From positions 186,001-219,852 of the forward strand of contig JAUGWO010000001.1 of assembly GCA_049724395.1 (NCBI GenBank): DNA of 33,852 nucleotides, written 5' to 3'. The notes under the pieces are model-generated. The model ran no database searches. It was not told where the DNA came from and saw nothing but the letters and a program-made list of their open reading frames with translations. The DNA is from Spongospora subterranea f. sp. subterranea (Eukaryota). Below, piece after piece: positions 1 through 10,110 of the stretch. The stretch's first letter is position 1. The number at the start of each line of letters is the position of its first letter. The position numbers were made by a program, and so were the translations under genes.

Positions 1-2208
1 GGGGGATATCACCGGCAAGAGAACTGGGACGAGACCGGGTGGATTTGGCGATTGGAACACCGAATTGAGCACCCGGCTCTGTGGAAATACGATCACCAAC
101 GACAGATCTGGTCGGTGGTTCTTTGTCGCCGTTTTCCCCTGTTTTCAACCCGCGATCCAATGTTTTTCCCATTTGTCGCCGGTTTCCCCCAAGCGATGCG
201 ATTGATGGTGTGTTGGCAGGTTGGTGCGAACCCTGTTCGAATACGTCGCCTTGATGGATATCGCCGACCATCCCGTGTACGTCTCGTACGTCGAAGCGGC
301 CGCCTATTCCCGATCCCATCGCTGTCGAATCATGACCGAACCCGGTTCGTAATTCCCCCCGGGCCGGCCGGCCACCGCCTAACCCATTCTCAATCCATCC
401 CGTGTTCAGAATACGACCGCGCCGTTTCCAATTCCACCTCAGCACTATCGCCATCCGCCAACGTCGACTTCGCCACGTGGTCAACGCGCCCATCGGGGAT
501 ATCCCAGACCAGTAACGTGCCCTCCCCCCCGAACCCGATCTTCATCGCCGATCTCAGTCCGATTCAGGTTCCGACAGTGGGGTCCACGACCTGATCGGGA
601 ACGGCTGGGAATGGACCTCGTCCGTATTCGCCCCGTTGTCGTCCCAGGCCGATTTCCGTTCGCTGCCGTCCTACCCGGGCTATTCCGCCGACTTCTTCGA
701 CGGGAAACACTACGTGATGAAGGGCGGTTCCTGGGCCACCGACAGATCCCTTCTACGACCGTCGTTCCGGAACTGGTCGGGAAAACTAGCGCCATCGCCC
801 AATGGAATAATCATCTGAGTTTTTTATTTTTGTGGCGAATCAGGTACCAGGGCTGTTATCGGTTCCCGTTTGCCAAATTCCGTTTATGTCGCGATTGCGG
901 CGTCGGGGCGATCCGATCCGCGATCGTCGACCTCGACCAGATCACGAAATCCAGCGCCGAGCGCGAGTTCGCCGACCATGTTCGGGAAGGGCTAACGTCG
1001 CGACCCAAAGCGATCAGCTCAATGTATTTATACGACGACATCGGCTCGGAAATGTCGGTTGGATCGGCGTGTGTGTGTGTGTCGGTGACCCACGATTTGT
1101 GATACGATGGCTGTCCAGATACGCCAAGATCACCGAACTGGACGAATATTATCCGACTCGAACCGAGGACGCGATCCTGAAAACGAACTGCGATTTTCTG
1201 CGGGAGATGATCGAGGGGGCGTTGACCAGATCGGGGTCGGTCAATATCATCGACATCGAGCTAGGATCGGGTGAGTGTCGATGGAACTCGGGGCGATTGT
1301 TGTTCCTGACCGACGACCACCCCCGTGTCAGGTGATGGGCGAAAAACGTTACCAATATTAGGGCGGTTCTCATATAGTTCACTGCCGTTCCGTTACTACC
1401 CGATCGACCGGTCCAGATCGGCCCTGGTCGCGCTGGACGCGTCGCTGGCCGGCGATGACCAGCCCCCGACCTATCCGATCACCATGGTCTGTGGCGATAA
1501 CCTCGCCGCCCTGCGCCACATTGTCGCCGCCAATCCCCACGATCAGCGCAACGTCGTCCTGTTCCTGGGGAGCTCGATCGGCAACTACGACGACGCCGCC
1601 GCCAAACTGTTCCTGAAAGCGGTCGCGGCGGTGTTGAACGACGACGACCTCGTGATAATCGGGTTCGATCTGGTCAAGGACCTGTCAATCCTTGTACCGG
1701 CTTATTCGGATCGCGAAGGTATTTCCGTTCGTCGTTCGTTTCGGGAATTTTACACCATCGTCGTCAGGTGTCACCGCCGAGTTCAACTACAACATATTGT
1801 CGCGAATGAACCGGGAACTGGGGGCGAACCTGTCCCCGGATCGGTTCCAGCACTACGCCCACTACAATCCGGTCGAGCAGCGCATGGAGAGTTTCCTGTT
1901 GGCGAAGGAGGCGCACGAGGCGGTCCTGAACCTGTCGTCCTCCAGGGAGGAGCCCGTCACGATCGCCTTCCGCCAGCACGAACCGATCCATCTCGAGGTC
2001 GGTCGATTGGCTGTTTTCCCCCCAATGTTTGTGTCGCTGAGTTCGTTGTTCATTGAACGTTGGTCGGCAGAATTCCTATAAATACAGTCTGGAGCAGATA
2101 GAAGAGATGGGATCGGGTTGTAATCTTCACCTGATCGCCCATCTAACTGACGCCAATCGCTGGTTCTCCGACTCGTGTTTCAGAGTTCGCAAACCGAAAT
2201 CGCAATGA
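1..2208 (+). CDS. 5'-truncated ergothioneine biosynthesis fusion: EgtB-like sulfoxide synthase C-terminal (FGE-sulfatase) domain followed by EgtD-like histidine N-alpha-trimethyltransferase (Methyltransf_33)
   Basis: Hand-spliced with in-frame GT-AG introns at 111-219, 345-409, 512-567, 776-843, 1054-1118, 1271-1331, 1719-1767 and 1998-2070; stop TGA at 2206-2208. FGE motifs: GGYHRQENWDETGWIW, HPVYVSYVEAAAY, RIMTEPEY, DLIGNGWEWTSS, YPGYSADFFDGKHYVMKGGSWAT, SFRNWYQ..AKFRL. EgtD motifs: GLTSRPKAISSMYLYDD, EYYPTRTE, ELGSGDGRKT, FLGSSIGN, IGFDLVKD, AYSDREGVTAEFN, IHLENSYKY. Confidence 0.92.
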
Positions 2209-2619
2209 GGAACACTAACTCTCTCTTTCTCTGTTCCTCGTGATCACTCAATAATTATTACGTTGATAAAAATCCCAGTTGTGAGTTTGCCGAACCGTTA
2301 AACTCTATATTGGCGAAACGGATCGATCGAATTAGGAAAAGTGTTTCGTATTGAAGCAAACCGACGACGCGGCGAAAATTTGTAATGAGGTTTCGTCGAT
2401 ATAAATCGCTGAATCGCGCCACAATCTGTTTCAACTCAATCTTTGGGCATCGTCGGGACCTCGTCCACGATTATCGCCCGCCATATTCAATGGTGGCCGT
2501 TGTGCCCGTAAAATCTGACTAAACGGCGTTGGGAGTGATGGAGCGCCAGTGAATTAACGGGGGGCGGTGTTGGTGTTGCCGGTTCCGGTTTCGATCTTGC
2601 CCAATCCGATCGCTACACG

Positions 2620-3431
2620 ATGCCATCGGTGAGCGGGATGCGAAAGGGGTTCGGATTGGAACCCGGGTCGCAAATCGGCAAATTCAAGATCGATTCGAGC
2701 GAGATTGACCACATCGTAAGTCGTATTTTTTTTGTTTTTTGGGGGAAATTGCCAATCGCCCGGGCGAATATCTGATCGCCGGTTGGTGATACCAGGAAAG
2801 GCGAAAATATCAGCATTACGAGTATCCCTGTACGATCACGTTCAAGAGCAGCGAGAAGGACAAGGTGGGGACGGCGTGGAAGAACCACATCGGTCACCGA
2901 TCGCGAATCATTCACTCGGAATATGGGAGTCCATACGAGTGCTGGTTCGAGGAACCGGTGAAGGTGGTCGGAGGGAAACGGGTCGTGATTAAGACCACAG
3001 CCGTGGCCAATCGCCGCCGCGATCTGCCGACGTTGAAGCAGATTGTGGCCGCGCAACGCCCGCCGGAGTCGAAATCGGAGATCGCCGCGCTGGAGCGCGA
3101 TCAGTATCGGGTCGTGAAATCGCATTGGGCCACGTCCAAGTGCGTTGTGTGTCGGGATCGGATTCTGCCCGGGCAGTTGATTGGGAAACGGACGAAGGGC
3201 GACGCCAGAGGCGGATGGGGACACGTTCATTGCTTGGCGGGGGAGAAGGAACAGAAGCGTTCGGGGAAGGGAAAACGAGGGACGAAACGGGAACGTGATA
3301 CGGGTAAACCGAAACGGGCGACGAAAGCGAAGGAAGCGCCGCGCGTGAAGAGGAGGGGGTTGAACAGAATCGCGCCCGATGCGAAACCCGGTGAACAGGA
3401 ACGGGATCGGAAACAGGACGTGGCGGTTTGA
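2620..3431 (+). CDS. Hypothetical protein with a PARP-type zinc-finger-like motif and a Lys/Arg-rich C-terminal tail
   Basis: ATG at 2620; phase-0 intron 2716-2795 (gtaag...ccag) joins into the frame of ORF 2865-3431. Motif KSHWATSKCVVCRDRILPGQ...GWGHVHC matches the C-x2-C...W-x-H-x2-C pattern. Confidence 0.7.
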
Positions 3432-4227
3432 TCATGCGCTCAATTCATTACTGAACAAGAGAGGTGGCCAATAAATCTGTTGGGCGATTGTTGTGTGTGT
3501 AGTTGAGCCGTAGAATGGATGGGCGATTGGACCTCCCTAGACCAACCTTGACGATGGCGATGGGCAACAGATCGACAACGCCCCTCGATCGATGGCACAG
3601 CCACCATCGTCGAACTGGGATTTAATTCAGCAGAACGATATTGACCTCGAAGCGGAACGAACGTCAATGAAATATGAACGCGTCGACGTTTATTCATCTT
3701 GGCAAATGTTTATGAAGTCATTGTAGTGTTCTATTGCGTTGAACGGCGCCCGATATCGAAAACCCACCCAGCCATATTCTGCTGTGCTCGAACAGCCCAT
3801 GCCCAAACAAGGGATTACTCATTCGATGTGTCCCTGGCGAACCTATGTTGAGTTCAGACCATCGTACGACGCCCAAGCTAATCCGCCTAACGCCAAAAAA
3901 TCCAGCAGATCTCTAGTGCACTAACTTCGCCAAGAAGGTTTGAACTGCATTTTTCTAATTTACATGAGCATACTGGAAAACAGATGCTTCAACCCGTTCG
4001 TCTTCTCAGATCAACACGTGGGTTTCGCAGTGCAGATTGCCAAGATCGTCCAGTTGTCCGGTAACCGCGTTCCGGCTCTCGCAGTTTTTCGTCGTCCCAG
4101 TCGGGCGTCTAATTTTGCGCCGCCACAGTCGTTGGGGAATCGTAACACAACAATTGTAACGAGGGGAATCAGCCCTGATCCCGTCCCAGAACTATAGGGG
4201 GCGTCCACTAATATCATTTACAGCGGA

Positions 4228-5292
4228 ATGGATCACTGTCCAGAGATTGACCAGGTCCAGGATGTGCTCAGCAACCTCGTCGGCTATGTGGAGATGAGGC
4301 ACCAGCAGACCCAGGAGCGGTCGAGGATTGCGGAATCCCTGGAACTGGAGGGGCTGTCGAAGTCAGGCAGGAAGAAGGCGGTTAAACGCAAGCTGCGGCA
4401 GTTGCAGCATCAGGAACGTCGCAAAGAAGAAAGGGCCAGAGTTCAGAAGCGCTCCCGGGAGAAGAATGCTGAAATCTGGCAGAAGCGTAGACAATTGATT
4501 GAATCAGGCGAATGTAAGAATCCCTGACAGTGTGTCTGTCAATATGGCGTGCTAATCTGCGAAATTTCAGTGACCGAGGAACAAGTTATCGCCGATGCTG
4601 TTCTTCAGGATTCTGGGCGAGTTGCCAAAGTCATTCGATTGCAACGTGATCAGAAGATGGAAGAGGCATTCCATAGCAATTCGACGCAAAGAATCATAAT
4701 CGATTGTGAGTTTGACGATGTGATGACTGAAAAAGAGGTAATCGCATTCAGACACCAACTTCGTATTGCATGTGAGTTTTGATATTGTCGCCACTTGACC
4801 TGTGTCTAACAGTGTCTTAGATGGGTCTAATAAACGGGCTGAAAAACCAGCCCGATTATATTACGCTGGGATGTCGGCATCAACGTCAAAAGCACTTGGG
4901 GAAGAGTCGTTGAGTTGGCTTGTCCATCGATCAGAACGAAGTTATTTGGATCAATTCGAACCGTCCGAGTTAGTATACCTGACTGCCGATGCGGAGGAGA
5001 TGGTTGACGATCTCGATCCATTGAAAGCCTACATCATCGGCGGCATCGTCGATCACAATCGCCTGAAACGAATCTGTTACGACAAGGCGCGCGTGCTCAA
5101 AATATTTGCATGAGAAGTCTCCCTATCCAAGCATACCTAGAAGGCGGATCAAGACGGGTGCTCACTGTTAACCAAGTCTCTGATATTCTTATTCAGTATT
5201 CATCGTGCCGAGACTGGAAAGTCGCGTTCGAGAGAATCATTCCGCCACGTAAAGGTTTCAAGACAAAACAATCGGATACAATAAAGACTTAA
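4228..5292 (+). CDS. TRM10: tRNA (guanine-N1)-methyltransferase Trm10 family (SPOUT); apparent frameshift near 5098-5112
   Basis: Introns 4514-4570 and 4772-4820 keep the frame. Motifs: LSKSGRKKAVKR, IIIDCEFDDVMTEKE, QLRIAYGSNKR, LVYLTADAE, AYIIGGIVDHNR, then in another frame SLPI..Y...RRVLTVNQV..IL...DWK.AF..IIPPRK. Confidence 0.9.
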
Positions 5293-5315
5293 TACATAAT
5301 TGTTATATATTTCCA

Positions 5316-6401
5316 TTATTGTTCAGCGGAGGCAGAATCTGGTAGCGGCTCAGCTCCTGGCGTGTTGTAGCTGTCGAAAAACACCGGCTGTGTAAATTGC
5401 TGGCTAACGAATTCGTCTTGGTAAAACTCATAGATTGGGTCTACGGCTATCGCCGGTTGACCGTTATAAACCAAGTACGGATTAACACTTCCACCACCAG
5501 CGTCTGGGACGAAAGGAACAAATACGGGAATTGGTGGCACAACAGTGAATTCCTGTGCCTCTGGGTTCATTTTGGACGACGCCTTGCTGGCGGCGGCAGC
5601 TTCGTCAGAATCACCAGGATTTGATGGCTTCTCCATTTTCGTCCTGTCTTCAGCTGAAAAGGGACCGTCCTTTGACCCGTCCCTGGTGTCCGATTCGCCA
5701 ACTCCAGGAGCATTCGCTACATGTGGCGCTCTGACAGCATCTGATGTCGTCGCATTACCTTCATCAGCGACAGATGCCGAAATATTTTCTTTGCGATCGT
5801 CAGCAGATGAAGAATCACTTGCCGAGACAGTCAATTTCCCTAACTCTACGGCGACAGCAGACACATCGCTGGTTTTTGCTTCGCCAGCGTCACTTTCAGC
5901 TTGAGGTTCATTGATTGGGACAGCGGTGGTCGCAGGATAATTGGGACGCTCGTGATGGGGTCTTCCCTCTGGAGTACTTTGGGATCTTGCACGATATGTG
6001 CCAGATGATCTCTGGTTCCAGCCAGAACGATATTGACCCCGATTACCTCCTCGAGGAACGCTGAAGTTAAGAGGTCGACTAATCAGTTCTTCAAACATAT
6101 CGTTCATCCATCGATCCGGAATGTCAGCCCGCGTCTTCCTCAGTGGTTTGGGCTCAGGGTTGTCAGAGCCTCGGCTATGGTCATCGTGCATATAAAACCG
6201 GTATTGGCTCCCCGATGGAACTGAAGCTCGACCCTGGTTGGCTTCAAATTCCCGCTGTGAGTCAACATTGGGATCAGCAGCAGCAGGAGGAGCATCAGGC
6301 ACGATCGCCGGTCCGTTATCCTCGGACTCGGAATAGTCGTGGGTTTCCTCATCTTCATCACTGGAGGTGAGGCGTCTTCGCCTGTCTTGATCGTGCGACA
6401 T
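5316..6401 (-). CDS. CASC3/Barentsz (Btz)-like exon-junction-complex protein with a C-terminal PAM2-like motif
   Basis: Intronless 361-aa ORF from MSHDQ (ATG at 6401). Acidic N-terminus; VPSGSQYRFYMHDDH...PDRWMNDMFEE resembles the two conserved halves of the Btz domain; RGG segment; SKMNPEAQEF resembles PAM2. Confidence 0.65.
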   Translation of the reverse strand: MSHDQDRRRRLTSSDEDEETHDYSESEDNGPAIVPDAPPAAADPNVDSQREFEANQGRASVPSGSQYRFYMHDDHSRGSDNPEPKPLRKTRADIPDRWMNDMFEELISRPLNFSVPRGGNRGQYRSGWNQRSSGTYRARSQSTPEGRPHHERPNYPATTAVPINEPQAESDAGEAKTSDVSAVAVELGKLTVSASDSSSADDRKENISASVADEGNATTSDAVRAPHVANAPGVGESDTRDGSKDGPFSAEDRTKMEKPSNPGDSDEAAAASKASSKMNPEAQEFTVVPPIPVFVPFVPDAGGGSVNPYLVYNGQPAIAVDPIYEFYQDEFVSQQFTQPVFFDSYNTPGAEPLPDSASAEQ

Positions 6402-7829
6402 GATTATGGCGATAGTGGTGGTGTGCGTGTGTAGCGTCCCCACAAGTTAAGTGATGGAACGGCCGTTCGTGGTGTCTCTGGGCGGCCCCTCTACCGCGCG
6501 CGGTCCGGTTGAATCGCGCGAGATGTTTGGACAGTCGCACAATAGAGTACACTGATGACTGTGACACAGTCTAGTAATGCAAAGATGTACAGTATATTGC
6601 ACTGAGCGGTGGGTGTGTCCGCTCTGGTTTTGACTTTGGAACTGTGCGCAATTAAAAATGTCCGCACTGACCACCGTATTGACTATTGAGTACAGTATTG
6701 ACCCGCCCTCAATCATGTCGATATCCTTCTGAACAAGATCCTGTTGCAACTAACTTGAGGACAGTTGGGTTCAGGTGCCCAATACTCCAGTCCTCCATTT
6801 TTAATTCGCCTTCGGTCCGTCGCCCGAGCAACATAGACCGGACAATTCGCTCATTTTTGGCTAAGCGGCTTCGGCCGAATCATCGGGAGCTTGAACGCCA
6901 GAGCAGTCAACAGAAATTTAGAGGTCCAGGGTGAAAGGTGAAGGTCATGTGCCGCGGGCTTTTCTACCGCGTCTTAGGCGTCGATGAGACACCGTCCGGT
7001 ATCTCGACCATGTGTCAGCCTCGAGGCTATCACTGTCACTGGTTAAACACACGTTGAAACGCAAACGTACCAACATGTACAGCACATGTCCCGTCCCAAC
7101 CGTTGTTTACGCTACATACGGACATCGTCGGGTGAAGTGAGAATATAGGAAGTTGACCATTCTCTGGTCGGCGACGCCACCGTGTTTGTTAATCCGGGCG
7201 TTAAGTGTTGCCGAAGCTGCAGGAACAAAACTGGTGCAGCCGGTTAATTTTTTCTCTATCAGCGATTATTTTGGGAACATGTTCCAGGCACTTTACGGAA
7301 AACATGGTGGGGAGACTTTCTAATGAAATCGACGACTGACGCTCAGCGGTTTTACAAACCAGGTGCCAATGGGTGCCATTTTGAGGACCTCTCCAGGCGT
7401 TTTATTCAAAATCAACGACGATTCAATTTTGCCCATTTTATGATATCGGTTAGGTATAGCGAAGGGTGAAGGGTACAGTTGAAATGAGATGGTTGAGATG
7501 GCGAGACCTCACCACCGGACTCTGTCTGTAGGTATAGGGACATCATTGGAAGCCGCCTCTCCAGTCTCCAGCTCTCCATAGTTGCTTCCCGACATTTGTT
7601 GATCCATTCGACGAAAGTATCCGAAATCGGACGCTTGTGTCAATTTCCGAAAATAAAAAAATTTCGCCAATCAAAACTACCTAGTAGTAAGTCGTAAGGC
7701 CATTGCGCCACAGGTCGTAGGGAAATTTTGTCGATCCTATTCCCGAACGTTTCTCGGCAAACTCATACTTCTCTCAAAACCATTTTTTTCTCTCAAAATC
7801 ATTTTTTACAGCTTTGGAACAAACAGTTG

Positions 7830-8215
7830 TTTATATTACTGTCGCAACGTTTTTATCAACTCGAGCATCAACTGTTTGTCCTCCCTTGCCTGGGAAATTC
7901 GTCGTTTCTCTCTTTCGTTCTCATCGCGGATGCGGCGTTCTTCTCTCATTTGTGCCTCGCGCCGCGCAAACTTCGATTGCTTCACAATCTCGGCAAGTAG
8001 CGATAAAATTTGCCTGTTTTTGTCATCATCAGCGTCGTCATCACTGTTGCTATTTGACCTTCGGATTGTTTTGGGGGGTGATCTCTGAATTTCTGGGACG
8101 TCTATTCATGCTGGCGTCCATGAGTGTTGCTGCAGCATCAGCGATATCAAGCGTCGTCAACGTTGCCTTCGACACCGAACGTTGCAAAAGGGAGGTATTG
8201 TCGACATGGTAGAAT
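7830..8215 (-). pseudogene. Frameshifted remnant of a coiled-coil ORF, possibly the accessory (Myb/SANT-type) ORF of a Harbinger element
   Basis: Minus strand reads DDDADDDKNRQILSLLAEIVKQSKFARREAQMREERRIRDENEREKRRISQAREDKQLMLELIKR; no clean start; lies next to a Harbinger transposase fragment. Confidence 0.3.
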
Positions 8216-8369
8216 CGATTCGAGGAAGATTTTCGTTCAAGACGGAGCGAGATTTATCGATTGGTGGTTTTTGTGGCTGTTGTAATTCAGCTACATACGC
8301 TGGATATCCAGCGTCGACGACAAAGCGTCGCCACAAAAACCACTTCCTCCATTAGACTTGGGACACAAA

Positions 8370-8534
8370 CTGCAGATTTGGGTAAAAGATATTTGTTCCA
8401 AGCCGTGCAAGTGGAAGAGGCCTACGTAATATGGAAGCAAATTCGAAATATCTGAAATTTCGATTCCGAAACGTTTTATGACTCAGCATCTTTGCAATCC
8501 CGAAGATTCGGTTCTTTAAATAAGGAAACTGGGC
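8370..8534. repeat. ~165-bp dispersed repeat, copy A (inverted relative to 11245-11408)
   Basis: gcagatttgggtaaa...gccgtgcaagtggaagaggcctacgtaatatggaagcaaattcg...aaataaggaaactgggc matches the reverse complement of 11245-11408 with scattered substitutions. Confidence 0.9.
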
Positions 8535-8829
8535 AAAAGATTCGGAAAATGGGGGGGGGGGGGTTTGTCAAAGTTCAGGAAGGGTTTTACGTCGTTTCAC
8601 GGAATCCGCAGCTGATTCTGAGTTCAAGAGGTTTCGCGTTGCTGGCAATCTGGAACACCAGCACACCAGCAATGCTGAAATAACATACATGGATTGGGGC
8701 TGAGTGTCAAGGAGAACTTTGATCTCATCACTACTGGCAAAACATCAGGCCCCACGTTATGGTGAAAAGGTCAGAAAAAAGCAGTGCATATGCAACTCCA
8801 ATTCGAAGTTTGCGTTGTTCATTGCCATA

Positions 8830-9175
8830 AAAGAATCCAGGGCGACGGCGACCTGGATCCAAACAGGTGCCTGTTCGTTCCGCGATTGATTATGAATATA
8901 GGGTCGTCTGAAGCGAACACCAAAACCAAAATACGGGTAGGATGCGGTGACCTTTGATGATATCAATAATTGCCTGGAATGTCCCCCTGGAGCATCGTAG
9001 GTCTTGGACAAATTCTTGATCGTCCAGAAACGGCAAAATATCCCAAAATAGTTGCCTTTCAAGATCAAACGTCGAGGGTTTAGGTTTCGATACCAAAGTA
9101 TCCCAAACTTAAGCGACATTAGTGCATCAATTTGTTGTTTCAGCTGGCTTGCCAGCGCAGCTCGTGCATGTTCAC
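8830..9175 (-). mobile_element. Degenerate PIF/Harbinger transposase N-terminal fragment
   Basis: Across frameshifts it reads FWDILPFLDDQEFVQDLRCSRGTFQAIIDIIK...PIF(H)NQSRNEQAPVWIQVAVALD, matching the Harbinger N-terminal F.Q.FR.SR.TF..I...HP.F.N.S...Q.PV..QLA.AL pattern. No DDE core is seen. Confidence 0.7.
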
Positions 9176-9807
9176 CTTCCCCTTCTCGAACTCCACCTCG
9201 GAGGATACGAGGATTCTACAACCCATGGCTATCTACGACTTTCCCCGTTGCAGTGCCGGTGAGAAGGTGAGGTGGAAAGACACCACAACACCCGTAGAAG
9301 CACGCGTTCACCATGTTGGCTACCGTACTCTTGCCAATGCCACCTGAACCTTCTCTAGCTTAAGTACTGAATGGAATTTCTCCCAGCAAGAATTGCGCTG
9401 ACGGTGATGCGCCGTCGCCTTCGGGACTGATATCTCAAATTCAGGAGGAATTTTCCATCTGGAGTTCGACGACGATTACATGAACAATAGACCATATGAT
9501 GATGGCTCCATAACTGGGTCTAGCACTGCGTTGCTCAATATCCATATGAAGGTCAAGAAGTCCGGTCTGTTGTCGAAAGGGCTCTCAAAACATACCCGTT
9601 TATGGAGACATGTCGATACTCCATCGCACCCACGAACGTTCCAATGGTTTACCAGTTCCAGCCACTTCGGTGTCTGGTTGATATCCCACCCGATGCAACG
9701 TCGTGCGAGGGTGCGTCGGGATTCGCAACACACCCCATTGGATATCCGCTGATTCCGACTCAGATAAATGTCTCCACAAACGGGTCAGCTGTAACCCCTG
9801 CCGCTTG

Positions 9808-10110
9808 GATCTAAAGGCTTGGAACGATGCTTCAGGATCAGGGCCAGGCGCTAGTGGGACAGGAGCAGCCGGCAGCGCAAGTGCTGCATGAACCGCGTCC
9901 CTATCAGTGATTTGGACTATCAGTCCAGGATCATCTTGTGTTAAATCTTTCACAATGATGTTGCATAGGGCGATGGTCTCAAGATGATCCTGGACTGATA
10001 GTCCAAATCACTGATAGGGACGCGGTTCATGCAGCACTTGCGCTGCCGGCTGCTCCTGTCCCACTAGCGCCTGGCCCTGATCCTGAAGCATCGTTCCAAG
10101 CCTTTAGATC
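9808..10110. repeat. Perfect 131-bp inverted repeat (9808-9938 / 9980-10110) with a 41-bp spacer
   Basis: Base-by-base comparison: gatctaaaggcttgg...ggatcatcttg is the exact reverse complement of caagatgatcc...ccaagcctttagatc. Confidence 0.97.

Noticed and set aside
1..2208. Ovothiol synthase OvoA (same domain order)
   Set aside because: The C-terminal domain has EgtD/Methyltransf_33 motifs (YLYDD, EYYPTRTE, GSSIGN, GVTAEFN), not the OvoA-type methyltransferase.
3440..4220. Possible ncRNA or small gene between the zinc-finger gene and TRM10
   Set aside because: No convincing snoRNA, RNase P/MRP, tRNA or splice-consistent coding signal could be recognised by eye.
7695..7715. TAA|GGCCATTGCGCC as a Harbinger TSD plus terminal repeat
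   Set aside because: No matching opposite terminus was found in the window.
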